The notes under the pieces were generated by a model, which had not been told where the DNA came from, searched no databases, and saw only the letters and a program-made list of their open reading frames with translations. The position numbers and the translations under genes were made by a program. This document shows positions 55,828 to 64,000 of a stretch of 64,000 bases of DNA, piece by piece. This stretch comes from Clostridia bacterium (GTDB lineage Bacteria > Bacillota > Clostridia > Christensenellales > CAG-917). The DNA lies in NCBI GenBank assembly GCA_017461985.1, contig JAFTSA010000001.1, forward strand, positions 301-64,300, read 5' to 3'. Each line of letters begins with the position of its first letter. The stretch's first letter is position 1.

Positions 55828-58104
55828 ATGCAATCAGGTTTGAGAAAGAAAAAAAGACAACGGGCATACCTTGTCAGCCCCTACGTAGCACTCAGGTATA
55901 CGGCGGAGTTTCTGTTGATGATATTGTTTTTTTCAACAGGTAAGACTGGCTTTGCCCTTGCGCTAGGATTGTTTGCAGGGCTAACTTTTGCACGGCAAAA
56001 TCTCATCATCACAGCTCCTATGTTTGTGGTGGCAGGCATGGTGTTTTTGGACAGTTGGTGGACTATGATGTTTCTTGCAGTTCCACCTGTTGTTTTTGCC
56101 GTTTTATATTTCCTGTACACCCGTTTCAAAAAGAACGTGCCTGTGTGGGCGGTGGTGTTTTGCACCTTGATTTCCGCCCTTGCTGAAAGCGTCACAAGGC
56201 TATTGCTTTTTGGTGATGGACTGCGATTTGCACTGACTGTTGTGCTGTCAGTTGTTTTTGCTTTATGTTGCACAAACGCCTGTTATGCAGTGCTAATCAG
56301 AGGTATAAAGTGCCGATTTACGCTGGATGAACATATTTGCACTGCAATCTTTGCGGTGGCATTTGCATACGCTTGCCACGGTGTCAGTGTGTATGGTTTC
56401 AACCTATATTTCCTCATTTTGCCCTTTGTGATAATGTGCTTTGCCTACGGCGGAAGTGGTCGAAATGCCATACTTGTCAGTGTATTGTTTTCCTTGGGCG
56501 CAGTCCTAAATAGCTTTAATTTTTCTTTGGTCGGTGTCAGTGTGTTGCTGGGGTTTATAGTGACTGCGCTCACCTCATTTCATAGGTTTATTCCTGCCGT
56601 GTCTATGGCGGTTTTGATGATAGGATTTTGGCTTTTGAAGATAGGTGACCTTGGCTATCAAGGGGCGGTGATGACGCTCATTGGTGGATTTGCCTACGGC
56701 TTTTTGCCGAGAGATATAAGGAGCAAATTCCCTCGCCCATCAAGGGATAAAGCGGAGTCACTTTGCGCCATGGTCAATCGTGACAGGACAAATCTTTCAA
56801 ATAGATTGTTGTCTGTCAGTGACGTGTTTTTGGATCTTGCCGAGCAACTTGACGATGAGGACAATGACAAAAATCCATACACCGCGAAACGGCTGTCAAA
56901 GGAGATTGCCAAAAACTATTGTGGCAAGTGCAGTGAGCGGCAAAAGTGTTTTTCCGCTCTTGGTGGTGACACCTCGTCTGTCCTTGAAGGAATGTGCGAA
57001 GCCACGCTCACAAGAAACAAAGCAACCATACTTGACGTGCCCAACTTTATTTCGTCTAGGTGCATCAAAACCCACAACCTCATCTCAGTCATCAACAACG
57101 CCGGCGAAGCATACAAATCAAAGATTGCAGGAAGCCGTGAGCTTTTCAATTGCAAGAAGACAATGTCCGCCCAGTTTGCTGGTATGTCGTTGGTGCTTGA
57201 ATCTCTGTCAAAGGAGTGTGGCAAAAACCTCACCTTTGGAGGTGACGTGGAAGAGCGCATTGAAAACGAGCTGATGAAACACAACATCGTTGCCACCGAA
57301 ACTGTTGTGGCAGGAAAGGGCGCATCGTCACGGGTTGCCCTCACTGTCCGTGACGTAGATGTTGAAAAGACCATGCTGACAAAAACTGTATCCAACTGTC
57401 TTCAAAACCCCTACGTCATTGAAAAAGTCACAGACCGCGGAGAGGAAAAGACTGTACATTTGGTGACAGCGCCTGTCTTTCAAGTGGCATATGGCGTTGC
57501 GGAAAAACGCCGTGACGGCGAAGAGGTGTCGGGGGATAGCATGGCAGTGCTTTCACCCTCTATGAACAAGCGGATATTTGCCTTGTCAGATGGCATGGGC
57601 AGTGGTGAAAAGGCCTCTATTGCCTCAAAAAAATCTTTAAGCATGATTGAGAATTTCTATCGCGCAGGCTTTGAGGAGGGGTTGATATTGTCCCTTGTCA
57701 ATCAACTTTTGTGCCTTGTCAGTGAGGATAATTTTTCCGCCCTTGATATTGCAGTGGTTGACCTTGCCCTCGGCGGTGTTGACGTCATCAAAATGGGGGC
57801 AGCCTCAGGGTTTATCTTGCGAAAATCCGCAGTGGAAGTGTTGCGTGCAGATACCCCACCCCTTGGCATAGTGGACAGAATTGCGCCCACAACCGCAAGA
57901 CACCAACTGTATGACGGGGATATGCTCGTCCTTGCCACGGACGGAGTGGTTGATGCTCTCGGTGAAAACGGTGTTGTGGACGTTGTGGACGAGGCTCACA
58001 CCACAAATCCTCAAACCTTGGCGGACAAACTTCTTCTTGGGGCGCTATCCCGTGGGGCGGAAGACGACTGCACGGTTTTGGTATTGCGCATCCTTGCAAT
58101 ATGA
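55828..58104 (+). CDS. spoIIE: Stage II sporulation protein E (membrane PP2C phosphatase)
   Basis: About 10 N-terminal TM spans. C-terminal PP2C motifs SGDSMAV, LSDGMGSGEKA, ATDGVVDA and DDCTVLVLRI. Confidence 0.85.
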   Translation: MQSGLRKKKRQRAYLVSPYVALRYTAEFLLMILFFSTGKTGFALALGLFAGLTFARQNLIITAPMFVVAGMVFLDSWWTMMFLAVPPVVFAVLYFLYTRFKKNVPVWAVVFCTLISALAESVTRLLLFGDGLRFALTVVLSVVFALCCTNACYAVLIRGIKCRFTLDEHICTAIFAVAFAYACHGVSVYGFNLYFLILPFVIMCFAYGGSGRNAILVSVLFSLGAVLNSFNFSLVGVSVLLGFIVTALTSFHRFIPAVSMAVLMIGFWLLKIGDLGYQGAVMTLIGGFAYGFLPRDIRSKFPRPSRDKAESLCAMVNRDRTNLSNRLLSVSDVFLDLAEQLDDEDNDKNPYTAKRLSKEIAKNYCGKCSERQKCFSALGGDTSSVLEGMCEATLTRNKATILDVPNFISSRCIKTHNLISVINNAGEAYKSKIAGSRELFNCKKTMSAQFAGMSLVLESLSKECGKNLTFGGDVEERIENELMKHNIVATETVVAGKGASSRVALTVRDVDVEKTMLTKTVSNCLQNPYVIEKVTDRGEEKTVHLVTAPVFQVAYGVAEKRRDGEEVSGDSMAVLSPSMNKRIFALSDGMGSGEKASIASKKSLSMIENFYRAGFEEGLILSLVNQLLCLVSEDNFSALDIAVVDLALGGVDVIKMGAASGFILRKSAVEVLRADTPPLGIVDRIAPTTARHQLYDGDMLVLATDGVVDALGENGVVDVVDEAHTTNPQTLADKLLLGALSRGAEDDCTVLVLRILAI

Positions 58105-58252
58105 ACGAAATTCAAAAGTAATTAAAATTATTTTTGGAAAAATTTTTCAGCGTTCTATTTGGCTAAAATTTTGATTTTGCTGTTTTTATAGTGTCAAAAT
58201 CACCCACACGTACGCACGTGCACGTCAATTTGTCATAGACAAATTTGAGAAA

Positions 58253-59575
58253 GTGGTTTATACTTACTATATGGCTTGCAAAATCGTGCTGAATGCACAA
58301 TATCTAAAAACAAACAAAATCGCACTTGCCCTGTCCGGGGGCAGAGATTCAATGGCGTTGGCTCATATCTTGAAAAGTATGGGCGCGCCTTTTTTTGCAG
58401 TCAATTTTGACCACGGAATCCGTGGGGCAGAGTCCAAAAAGGACAGCGAATTTGTATGTGACTGGTGTTTGAAAAATGGGATAGAGTGTGTCAGCATTGC
58501 CTTTGACACTCCTTCATACGCAAGAGAAAAGGGTATGACCATTGAGCAAGCGGGCAGAGAGTTGAGATATTTCCACCTTGACCGCCTTGTAGAAGAGGGA
58601 AAATGTGACCTTGTTGCCTTGGCTCACCACAAAGACGACCAAGCGGAAACCTTGATTATGCGTATCATCCGCGGCACAGGTGTCCGTGGGCTTAGAGGTA
58701 TGAGCGAGGTGAATGGTCATTACGTCCGTCCCCTTATCAATTACACCCGTGAAGACATCAACGAATACGTCAAGGAAAACGATATTCCTTACGTTGAGGA
58801 CAGCACCAACACCGACGACACATACACAAGAAACTTCATCCGCAAGGAAATGGCAGTGCTGAAAGAAAGATTCCCCTCTCTTGATGAATCCCTTGCGCGT
58901 CTTTCACGAAACGCCAGTGAAATTGACGACTATCTTCTCGGCAAAGTGGGTGAAATAGCGGTTGTTGACGGAGAGTGCAATATGCCCCTCACCGACCTAA
59001 ACACCCCTGCCGTAGCCAAAAGAAAAATACTCTGCATTTTTGAAAAGTTGGGAGTAAGACAAGACGTTGAAGAAAGACATTATCCTTTGATATTTGACCT
59101 TGCAAGTGCAGAAAACGGCAAGAAGTTGAGCCTTCCTCACGGCATTGAGGTGCACAAGGACGGAGAAAATCTTGTTTTCAGCGCTGTTGTAAACCCTAGC
59201 AATATTGACGAAATCCCCTTTGAAAAGAAGTCTGTTGAGGGCGTCATCACAGTCACTCCCACTGACAAACTTCAGTTTGAAGAGGGTGAACTCATAATTG
59301 ACCTTAATAAAATCCCAAAGACGGCGGTGCTTCGTCACCCTCGTGAAAAGGATAGAATCCACAAATTCGGTGGGGGAAGCAAGAGCCTAGGCGACTTTTT
59401 GACAGACAAAAAAGTGCCTTTGAGGAAAAGAGCAGACCTTGTTGTCTGCGCCTCTGCACCCAGTGGATATAAAAACTCAAACCAAGTGCTTTTTGTCCTA
59501 GGAGTGGAAATCTCCGCCGACGTGAAGGTTGAGGACGGAAGTGATATGGCAAAAATCTCAAAACCAAACAAATAA
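58253..59575 (+). CDS. tilS: tRNA(Ile)-lysidine synthetase
   Basis: PP-loop ALSGGRDSMAL, followed by hpt as in Bacillus. The start is either GTG 58253 or ATG 58271. Confidence 0.85.
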   Translation: MVYTYYMACKIVLNAQYLKTNKIALALSGGRDSMALAHILKSMGAPFFAVNFDHGIRGAESKKDSEFVCDWCLKNGIECVSIAFDTPSYAREKGMTIEQAGRELRYFHLDRLVEEGKCDLVALAHHKDDQAETLIMRIIRGTGVRGLRGMSEVNGHYVRPLINYTREDINEYVKENDIPYVEDSTNTDDTYTRNFIRKEMAVLKERFPSLDESLARLSRNASEIDDYLLGKVGEIAVVDGECNMPLTDLNTPAVAKRKILCIFEKLGVRQDVEERHYPLIFDLASAENGKKLSLPHGIEVHKDGENLVFSAVVNPSNIDEIPFEKKSVEGVITVTPTDKLQFEEGELIIDLNKIPKTAVLRHPREKDRIHKFGGGSKSLGDFLTDKKVPLRKRADLVVCASAPSGYKNSNQVLFVLGVEISADVKVEDGSDMAKISKPNK

Positions 59576-59596
59576 TACAACCGAAAAAGGTGAACT

Positions 59597-60145
59597 ATGC
59601 AATACGGAAAAGACGTGGCAAAAATACTTGTGACAAGGGAAGAAATCCAAAAGAGAATTGCGGAACTTGCAGATGAAATCAACCGTGACTATAAAGGCAA
59701 GGAATACACCCTTGTGGTCACCCTGCGCGGAGCGGTGCCTTTCTTTGCAGATTTGTTCTGCAAACTGACAGGCAACAAAGTTGACTGCGACTTCATTGCT
59801 GTGTCCAGCTACGGCGCAACAACTGAAAGCACAGGTGAAGTGCGCATGTCAAAGGACTTGTCATCACCCATCAAGGGCAAGCACATCATCATCGTTGAAG
59901 ACATCATCGATACAGGCATAACCCTCAGTTATCTTAAGAAACTCTTTGAAGCAAGAGAGCCTGCATCAGTCAAAGTTTGCTCACTTCTTGACAAGCCTTC
60001 AAGACGTGAAGTGGAGGTTGAGGGAGATTACGTAGGCTTCACAATCCCCAACGAATTTGTCATCGGCTACGGTCTTGACTATGACCAAAAGTATCGCAAC
60101 TATCCCGACATTTGCGTGCTTGCACCTGAGGTATACGGTGGTTGA
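59597..60145 (+). CDS. hpt: Hypoxanthine phosphoribosyltransferase
   Basis: PRPP motif IIIVEDIIDTGITL, 182 aa. Confidence 0.9.
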   Translation: MQYGKDVAKILVTREEIQKRIAELADEINRDYKGKEYTLVVTLRGAVPFFADLFCKLTGNKVDCDFIAVSSYGATTESTGEVRMSKDLSSPIKGKHIIIVEDIIDTGITLSYLKKLFEAREPASVKVCSLLDKPSRREVEVEGDYVGFTIPNEFVIGYGLDYDQKYRNYPDICVLAPEVYGG

Positions 60146-61484
60146 TCACAAAAAACTGACAAAGCTGGCGTCCTTCTTTCCTGAAGGCAAACCCCTCTAC
60201 GCAGTGGGTGGATACGTCCGTGATAGGCTCCTAGGCATGGAGTGTCACGACGTTGACGTATGCGCAGAATTGACAGTTGACGAAGTCAAACAAGCACTTA
60301 AACATACCGATTTTGTTGTTTCAGACAAAAACTTGCGTGTTGGCACGGTGGTCATTTCAGGACGTGGATTGTCCATTGAATACACCACTTTCAGGACGGA
60401 CAGTTATCCTGACGGCAGTGGAACTCATACACCTTCAGAGGTGACTTTCACCGATGACATCAAGGTGGACGCACTCCGCCGTGACTTTGGCGCGAACGCC
60501 ATTTATCTTGACATTGTCAAGGATGAAATTGTCGATCCTCTTGGCAGAGTTGATGACGTAAAAAACAGGATTATCAAAACCGCAGACGACCCCGACCGCG
60601 TGTTTTCGGCAGACGGACATCGTATTCTCCGCATGGTGAGATTTGCTTGCGAACTGGGTTTTGAAATTGACAAAGACACTTTTGCCAGTGCCAAAAAATA
60701 TGCAAGTCAAGTGAAGGACTTGACCGTTGAAAGGATATATCAAGAACTTGACAGAATCTTTGTGGCGGACACTCGTCACCCTGAACTTAATCTCACTGAC
60801 GCTCATCACAGAGGGCTGAAACTTCTTGACGAACTGGGCTTGATGGAGGAATTGCTCCCTGCGGTCAACGCCTTGAAAGGCCTTGAACAAAACCCCAAAT
60901 ATCACCTCTACGATGCTTACGAGCATACCCTTGAAGCCTTCAAGGCATCAAAGCCTAACGTGAGGTGGGCAACCCTTCTGCACGACATAGGCAAACGCCC
61001 TTGTCAGGACAAGTACGGCAACACCTACGTCCACGCATCAGTGGGTGCTGATATGGCAAAGGATATCCTTGCCTACTACAAAATGCCCAAGCAAAAGGCA
61101 AAGAGAGTGTATGACCTTGTGTTCAACCATATGGTCAACATCAACCGCAATATGTCAAAGGCCAAACTGGACTGGTTTGTGGCAGAGCATGCAGGGATAG
61201 CCAGTGACCTTGCCGACCTCATCGATGCGGACACCTATGGTGCAATGGGGGCATATCCCGAAGAAAATTTCGTAAGAGAAACACTGAATCAACTTATAGA
61301 AGAAAACGCACCTCTTTCTGTCAAAGATTTGCCTGTCACAGGCCGTGACCTCATTGATATGGGGGTTGAGGACAGAGATAGAGGTATGATGCTGTACGAA
61401 CTGTGGCGTGAGTGCATAATGAACCCCGCACTGCGCACAAGAGAAAAAGCCTTGCAGTACGTGGCAAAAAGGAGTGGAAAATGA
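60138..61484 (+). CDS. cca: CCA-adding tRNA nucleotidyltransferase with an HD domain
   Basis: GTG 60138 lies 6 nt after GAGG and overlaps the hpt stop. GGYVRDRLLG, RRDFGANAIY and LLHDIGK motifs. Confidence 0.8.
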   Translation: MVDHKKLTKLASFFPEGKPLYAVGGYVRDRLLGMECHDVDVCAELTVDEVKQALKHTDFVVSDKNLRVGTVVISGRGLSIEYTTFRTDSYPDGSGTHTPSEVTFTDDIKVDALRRDFGANAIYLDIVKDEIVDPLGRVDDVKNRIIKTADDPDRVFSADGHRILRMVRFACELGFEIDKDTFASAKKYASQVKDLTVERIYQELDRIFVADTRHPELNLTDAHHRGLKLLDELGLMEELLPAVNALKGLEQNPKYHLYDAYEHTLEAFKASKPNVRWATLLHDIGKRPCQDKYGNTYVHASVGADMAKDILAYYKMPKQKAKRVYDLVFNHMVNINRNMSKAKLDWFVAEHAGIASDLADLIDADTYGAMGAYPEENFVRETLNQLIEENAPLSVKDLPVTGRDLIDMGVEDRDRGMMLYELWRECIMNPALRTREKALQYVAKRSGK

Positions 61485-62794
61485 CAACAGAACAATATCT
61501 CATCATAAGCATTGTCGTGTCCGTAGTGCTTGCCGTCATCGGCATAGCGGTGGGGATTTTGATTTTCCTCAAAACAAAGAAAAACGCAGGCGGTCAAGGT
61601 GTTGACACCGAAAAACTGGCAGAAGACGTCAAAAAGGATATGGCCACCACCATCAAAATTGAAAATAGTATGTTGACAGGGGCAGTAAACGCTCAAGCCT
61701 CTGCAACTAAGGATATGACAGGACGTATCGACCTGTTTATGCAAGACGTCACAAGAAAACTTGACGACTTGAAGGCGGAAAACACCAAAAACCTTTTGGC
61801 GATCAAGGAGGACAACGCGCGTCAACTTGAAGCCGTCCGCAAGGATAATGAAAAGCAACTTGAAAAGATGAGAGAAACCGTGGACGAAAAGTTGTCCGCA
61901 AATCTTGAACAACGTTTCAATCAATCCTTTAAGTTGGTTGGTGAAAGACTGACTGAAATCAACAACACCTTCAATGCACTTCAAGGATTGCAACACGACG
62001 TCAACGACCTGAACAAGATTTTCAAAAACGTGAAAACCCGTGGCACTTGGGGTGAAGTTTCACTTGAAAGCTTGCTTTCTCAAATCCTCACCGAGGACCA
62101 ATATGGCAAACAAGTCAAGGTGAGAAGAGGTGAAGACACCAGAGTTGACTTTGCCATCAAATTGCCCGGCAAGGGTGAGGGCACTGTCTATTTGCCCATT
62201 GATGCAAAGTTCCCCATAGAGGACTATGAGCGACTTGTGGACGCATCAGTTGAAGGGGATAGCGCAGTGGTTGAAGCCTGCGCAAAGGCCCTTGGTGAGG
62301 CAGTGCTCAAGCAAGCACGTTCGATAAGAGACAAGTATATCGCACCTCCTGCAACCACTGATTTTGCAGTGATGTATCTCCCTGTCGAGGGGTTGTATGC
62401 AGAGGTGGTGAGAAGGACAGACCTTCTCAGCAAATTGCAAACCGAGTGCAAAGTTGTGGTGGCAGGACCTACCACACTTTCAGCACTTCTCAACAGTTTG
62501 CGTATGGGATTCAGGTCCGTGGCAATTGAAAAGAAGAGCAAGGAAATCTCCAAACTTCTCGTTCAATTCCAAAAGGATTTTGAGATGTTCAGCAAGTATC
62601 TTTCCAAGCTGAAAGACAACGTTGGCACAATCCAAAAGACCATCGACAACGCTCAATCCAAGAGTGACAAGATCGGTGCAAAACTTGCAAAGGTCACCAA
62701 GATTGAAGTCAGTGACGAAGTGAGCCTTCTTGATGGTTTTTCAGAAACAACAGAAATAATTGAAGCGTCAGAGGAATTTGACACGGAGGAATAA
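61481..62794 (+). CDS. rmuC: RmuC-family DNA recombination/nuclease protein
   Basis: ATGA overlap with the cca stop. N-terminal TM, a long coiled coil, and a nuclease-like core VDFAIKLPG..YLPIDAKFPIEDY. Confidence 0.8.
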   Translation: MTTEQYLIISIVVSVVLAVIGIAVGILIFLKTKKNAGGQGVDTEKLAEDVKKDMATTIKIENSMLTGAVNAQASATKDMTGRIDLFMQDVTRKLDDLKAENTKNLLAIKEDNARQLEAVRKDNEKQLEKMRETVDEKLSANLEQRFNQSFKLVGERLTEINNTFNALQGLQHDVNDLNKIFKNVKTRGTWGEVSLESLLSQILTEDQYGKQVKVRRGEDTRVDFAIKLPGKGEGTVYLPIDAKFPIEDYERLVDASVEGDSAVVEACAKALGEAVLKQARSIRDKYIAPPATTDFAVMYLPVEGLYAEVVRRTDLLSKLQTECKVVVAGPTTLSALLNSLRMGFRSVAIEKKSKEISKLLVQFQKDFEMFSKYLSKLKDNVGTIQKTIDNAQSKSDKIGAKLAKVTKIEVSDEVSLLDGFSETTEIIEASEEFDTEE

Positions 62795-63589
62795 ATGAAG
62801 GCAGATTTTCATTTGCACACCACCGCAAGTGACGGAAGTTTGACTCCGTCACAGGTTGTGGAATGGGCAAAAGGGACAGGGCTTGAAGTCATCGCAATCA
62901 CTGATCACGACAGCGTTAGTGGACTTGACGAGGCCATCAAACGAGGCAAGGAACTGGGGGTGAGAGTCATACCCGGGATTGAGATTTCAAGCTTCTCAAG
63001 TTGCGAAATCCACGTTTTAGGATACAATTTTGACTACAAAAACCCCGATTTCAAGCAAGACCTTGCAAAAGTTCAAGGAATGAGAAAGGAAAGAAACGGC
63101 GCAATTTTGAAGCGTCTCGCGGAACTAGGCATGCCCCTTTCCTTCACCGCAGAAATGGACGGAATAGGCAGACTGCACATGGCAAAAGAGATGGTTGAAA
63201 AGGGATATGCAAAGGACGTCAACGATGCTTTTGAAAGATATCTTGGACCAAAAGGAAAAGCCTATCAAGAGATAAAGCGCACCACACCTATGGACGCAGT
63301 CAAACTCATCAAAAAGTACGGAGGAGTGGCGTCACTTGCTCACCCCAAAAAGTATTTGCTTGACAAAAAACTTGACCTTCTTGTGGGGGGACTGAAAGCC
63401 CACGGACTTGACGGCATCGAGGTGGAGTATCCTAGATACACCGACTACGACAAGGCAGAGTTTAGACAAATCGCAAGAAAGTACGGCTTGGTTTGTACAG
63501 GTGGCAGCGACTTCCACGGAGACGAAGACAAGGACTTCCAAGTCAACCCCGACAAGAGCACGTTGAGGGCACTGGGAATAAGATATTAA
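62795..63589 (+). CDS. PHP-domain phosphoesterase (TrpH/YciV-like)
   Basis: Starts the nucleotide after the rmuC stop. DFHLHTTASDGSLTP, AITDHD and GGSDFHG motifs. Confidence 0.8.
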   Translation: MKADFHLHTTASDGSLTPSQVVEWAKGTGLEVIAITDHDSVSGLDEAIKRGKELGVRVIPGIEISSFSSCEIHVLGYNFDYKNPDFKQDLAKVQGMRKERNGAILKRLAELGMPLSFTAEMDGIGRLHMAKEMVEKGYAKDVNDAFERYLGPKGKAYQEIKRTTPMDAVKLIKKYGGVASLAHPKKYLLDKKLDLLVGGLKAHGLDGIEVEYPRYTDYDKAEFRQIARKYGLVCTGGSDFHGDEDKDFQVNPDKSTLRALGIRY

Positions 63590-63611
63590 GTCGTATCAAA
63601 ACTGCAACAAG

Positions 63612-63641
63612 ACGCATACTATCGGTATGCGTTTTATTTTT
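63612..63641 (+). terminator. Rho-independent terminator
   Basis: acgcatac-tatcg-gtatgcgt followed by ttttattttt. Confidence 0.75.
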
Positions 63642-63692
63642 GTCAAAAAAACGTTGTTGTCAACCTTGCTCACTCTTTTCATAGTATGTTGT

Positions 63693-64000
63693 ATGAGCAG
63701 TGTTTTTGATGACAATTCAGTAGCAAGAGGTGAAAGCCCAAAAGTGGGGCTCATCGCTTCCTTCTACACTTATTACGGCGACAGCGGTGAAAACAGAAAG
63801 CACAACGTGGCCCTTGCGGTGAGCAAAATAGATGGCACGGTTTTAGCCCCTGAAGAGGAGTTTTCCTTCAATGACGTGGTTGGCCCTCGCAGAGAAGAGA
63901 GAGGGTTCAAAACGGCATATATTATACAAGACGGTCAGTTTGTTGAGGGTGTTGGAGGAGGAGTGTGTCAAGTGTCCACCACACTTTACAATGCGGTGCT
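63693..64000 (+). CDS. VanW-family protein (partial, continues past the window end; start uncertain, 63627-63693)
   Basis: The frame is open to nt 64000. FSFNDVVGPRREERGFKTAYIIQDGQFVEGVGGGVCQVSTTLYNAV is the VanW core. The upstream in-frame hydrophobic LLSTLLTLFIVCC suggests a membrane anchor. Confidence 0.75.
   Translation, partial: MSSVFDDNSVARGESPKVGLIASFYTYYGDSGENRKHNVALAVSKIDGTVLAPEEEFSFNDVVGPRREERGFKTAYIIQDGQFVEGVGGGVCQVSTTLYNAV

Noticed and set aside
1-64000. A search by eye for CRISPR repeats, tRNA or rRNA genes, transposases, integrases, toxin-antitoxin pairs and known defence-system genes.
   Set aside because: I found none. The only T-loop-like word (cttcgaatc, near 9234) lacks flanking acceptor and anticodon arms. 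RmuC is the only nuclease-like gene, and it sits in a housekeeping context.

Overview
The window looks like a moderate-GC, spore-forming Bacillota (Clostridia-like) chromosome, based on spoIIE, tilS-hpt synteny, Gram-positive lipoboxes and GGAGG ribosome-binding sites. I recognised no rRNA, tRNA, CRISPR array, transposase or integrase.

Layout:
- 1-8.7 kb: a CpG-rich block. It holds a membrane-tethered LuxR-type regulator, a phased TACCCG operator array, and a run of Zn-ribbon and surface-lipoprotein genes.
- 8.7-9.5 kb: an AT-rich gap.
- 9.5-20.5 kb: a LacI-linked locus. The lacI reading frame is broken in a T9 run. The locus encodes a PHP lipoprotein, a DUF4430-like lipoprotein, a BMP-type ABC importer, an ADP-ribosylglycohydrolase-family enzyme and ribokinase. 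dut follows.
- 21.1-29.2 kb: tungstate-type tupABC behind a probable Moco/Tuco riboswitch, converging on a mogA/moaB-moeA-moeA(PBP fusion)-moaA-moaC-MOSC operon.
- 29.3-44 kb: assorted genes. These are an O-antigen-ligase-like protein, a GH27 with an internal insertion, an FGGY kinase, guaA, an ABC-F ATPase, a beta-propeller GH-like protein plus an unknown, a DUF885 lipoprotein and a GH31.
- 44.1-45.0 kb: rplM-rpsI.
- 45.07-45.9 kb: an unusual ~830 bp ORF-free spacer full of A/T-tract palindromes and alternating purine-pyrimidine tracts.
- 45.9-55.2 kb: an Opp-like ABC transporter in which every component is oversized. One ATPase carries a ~365 aa insertion.
- 55.4-64 kb: yerC-like, spoIIE, tilS, hpt, cca, rmuC, a PHP protein and a partial VanW gene.

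Best candidates for something undescribed:
- the membrane-LuxR, TACCCG array and surface operon;
- the riboside-type uptake and cleavage locus with its frameshift-prone repressor;
- the giant Opp-like system with its odd upstream spacer;
- the dispersed alternating purine-pyrimidine tracts.

All functional calls come from motif recognition by eye. No database search was run.
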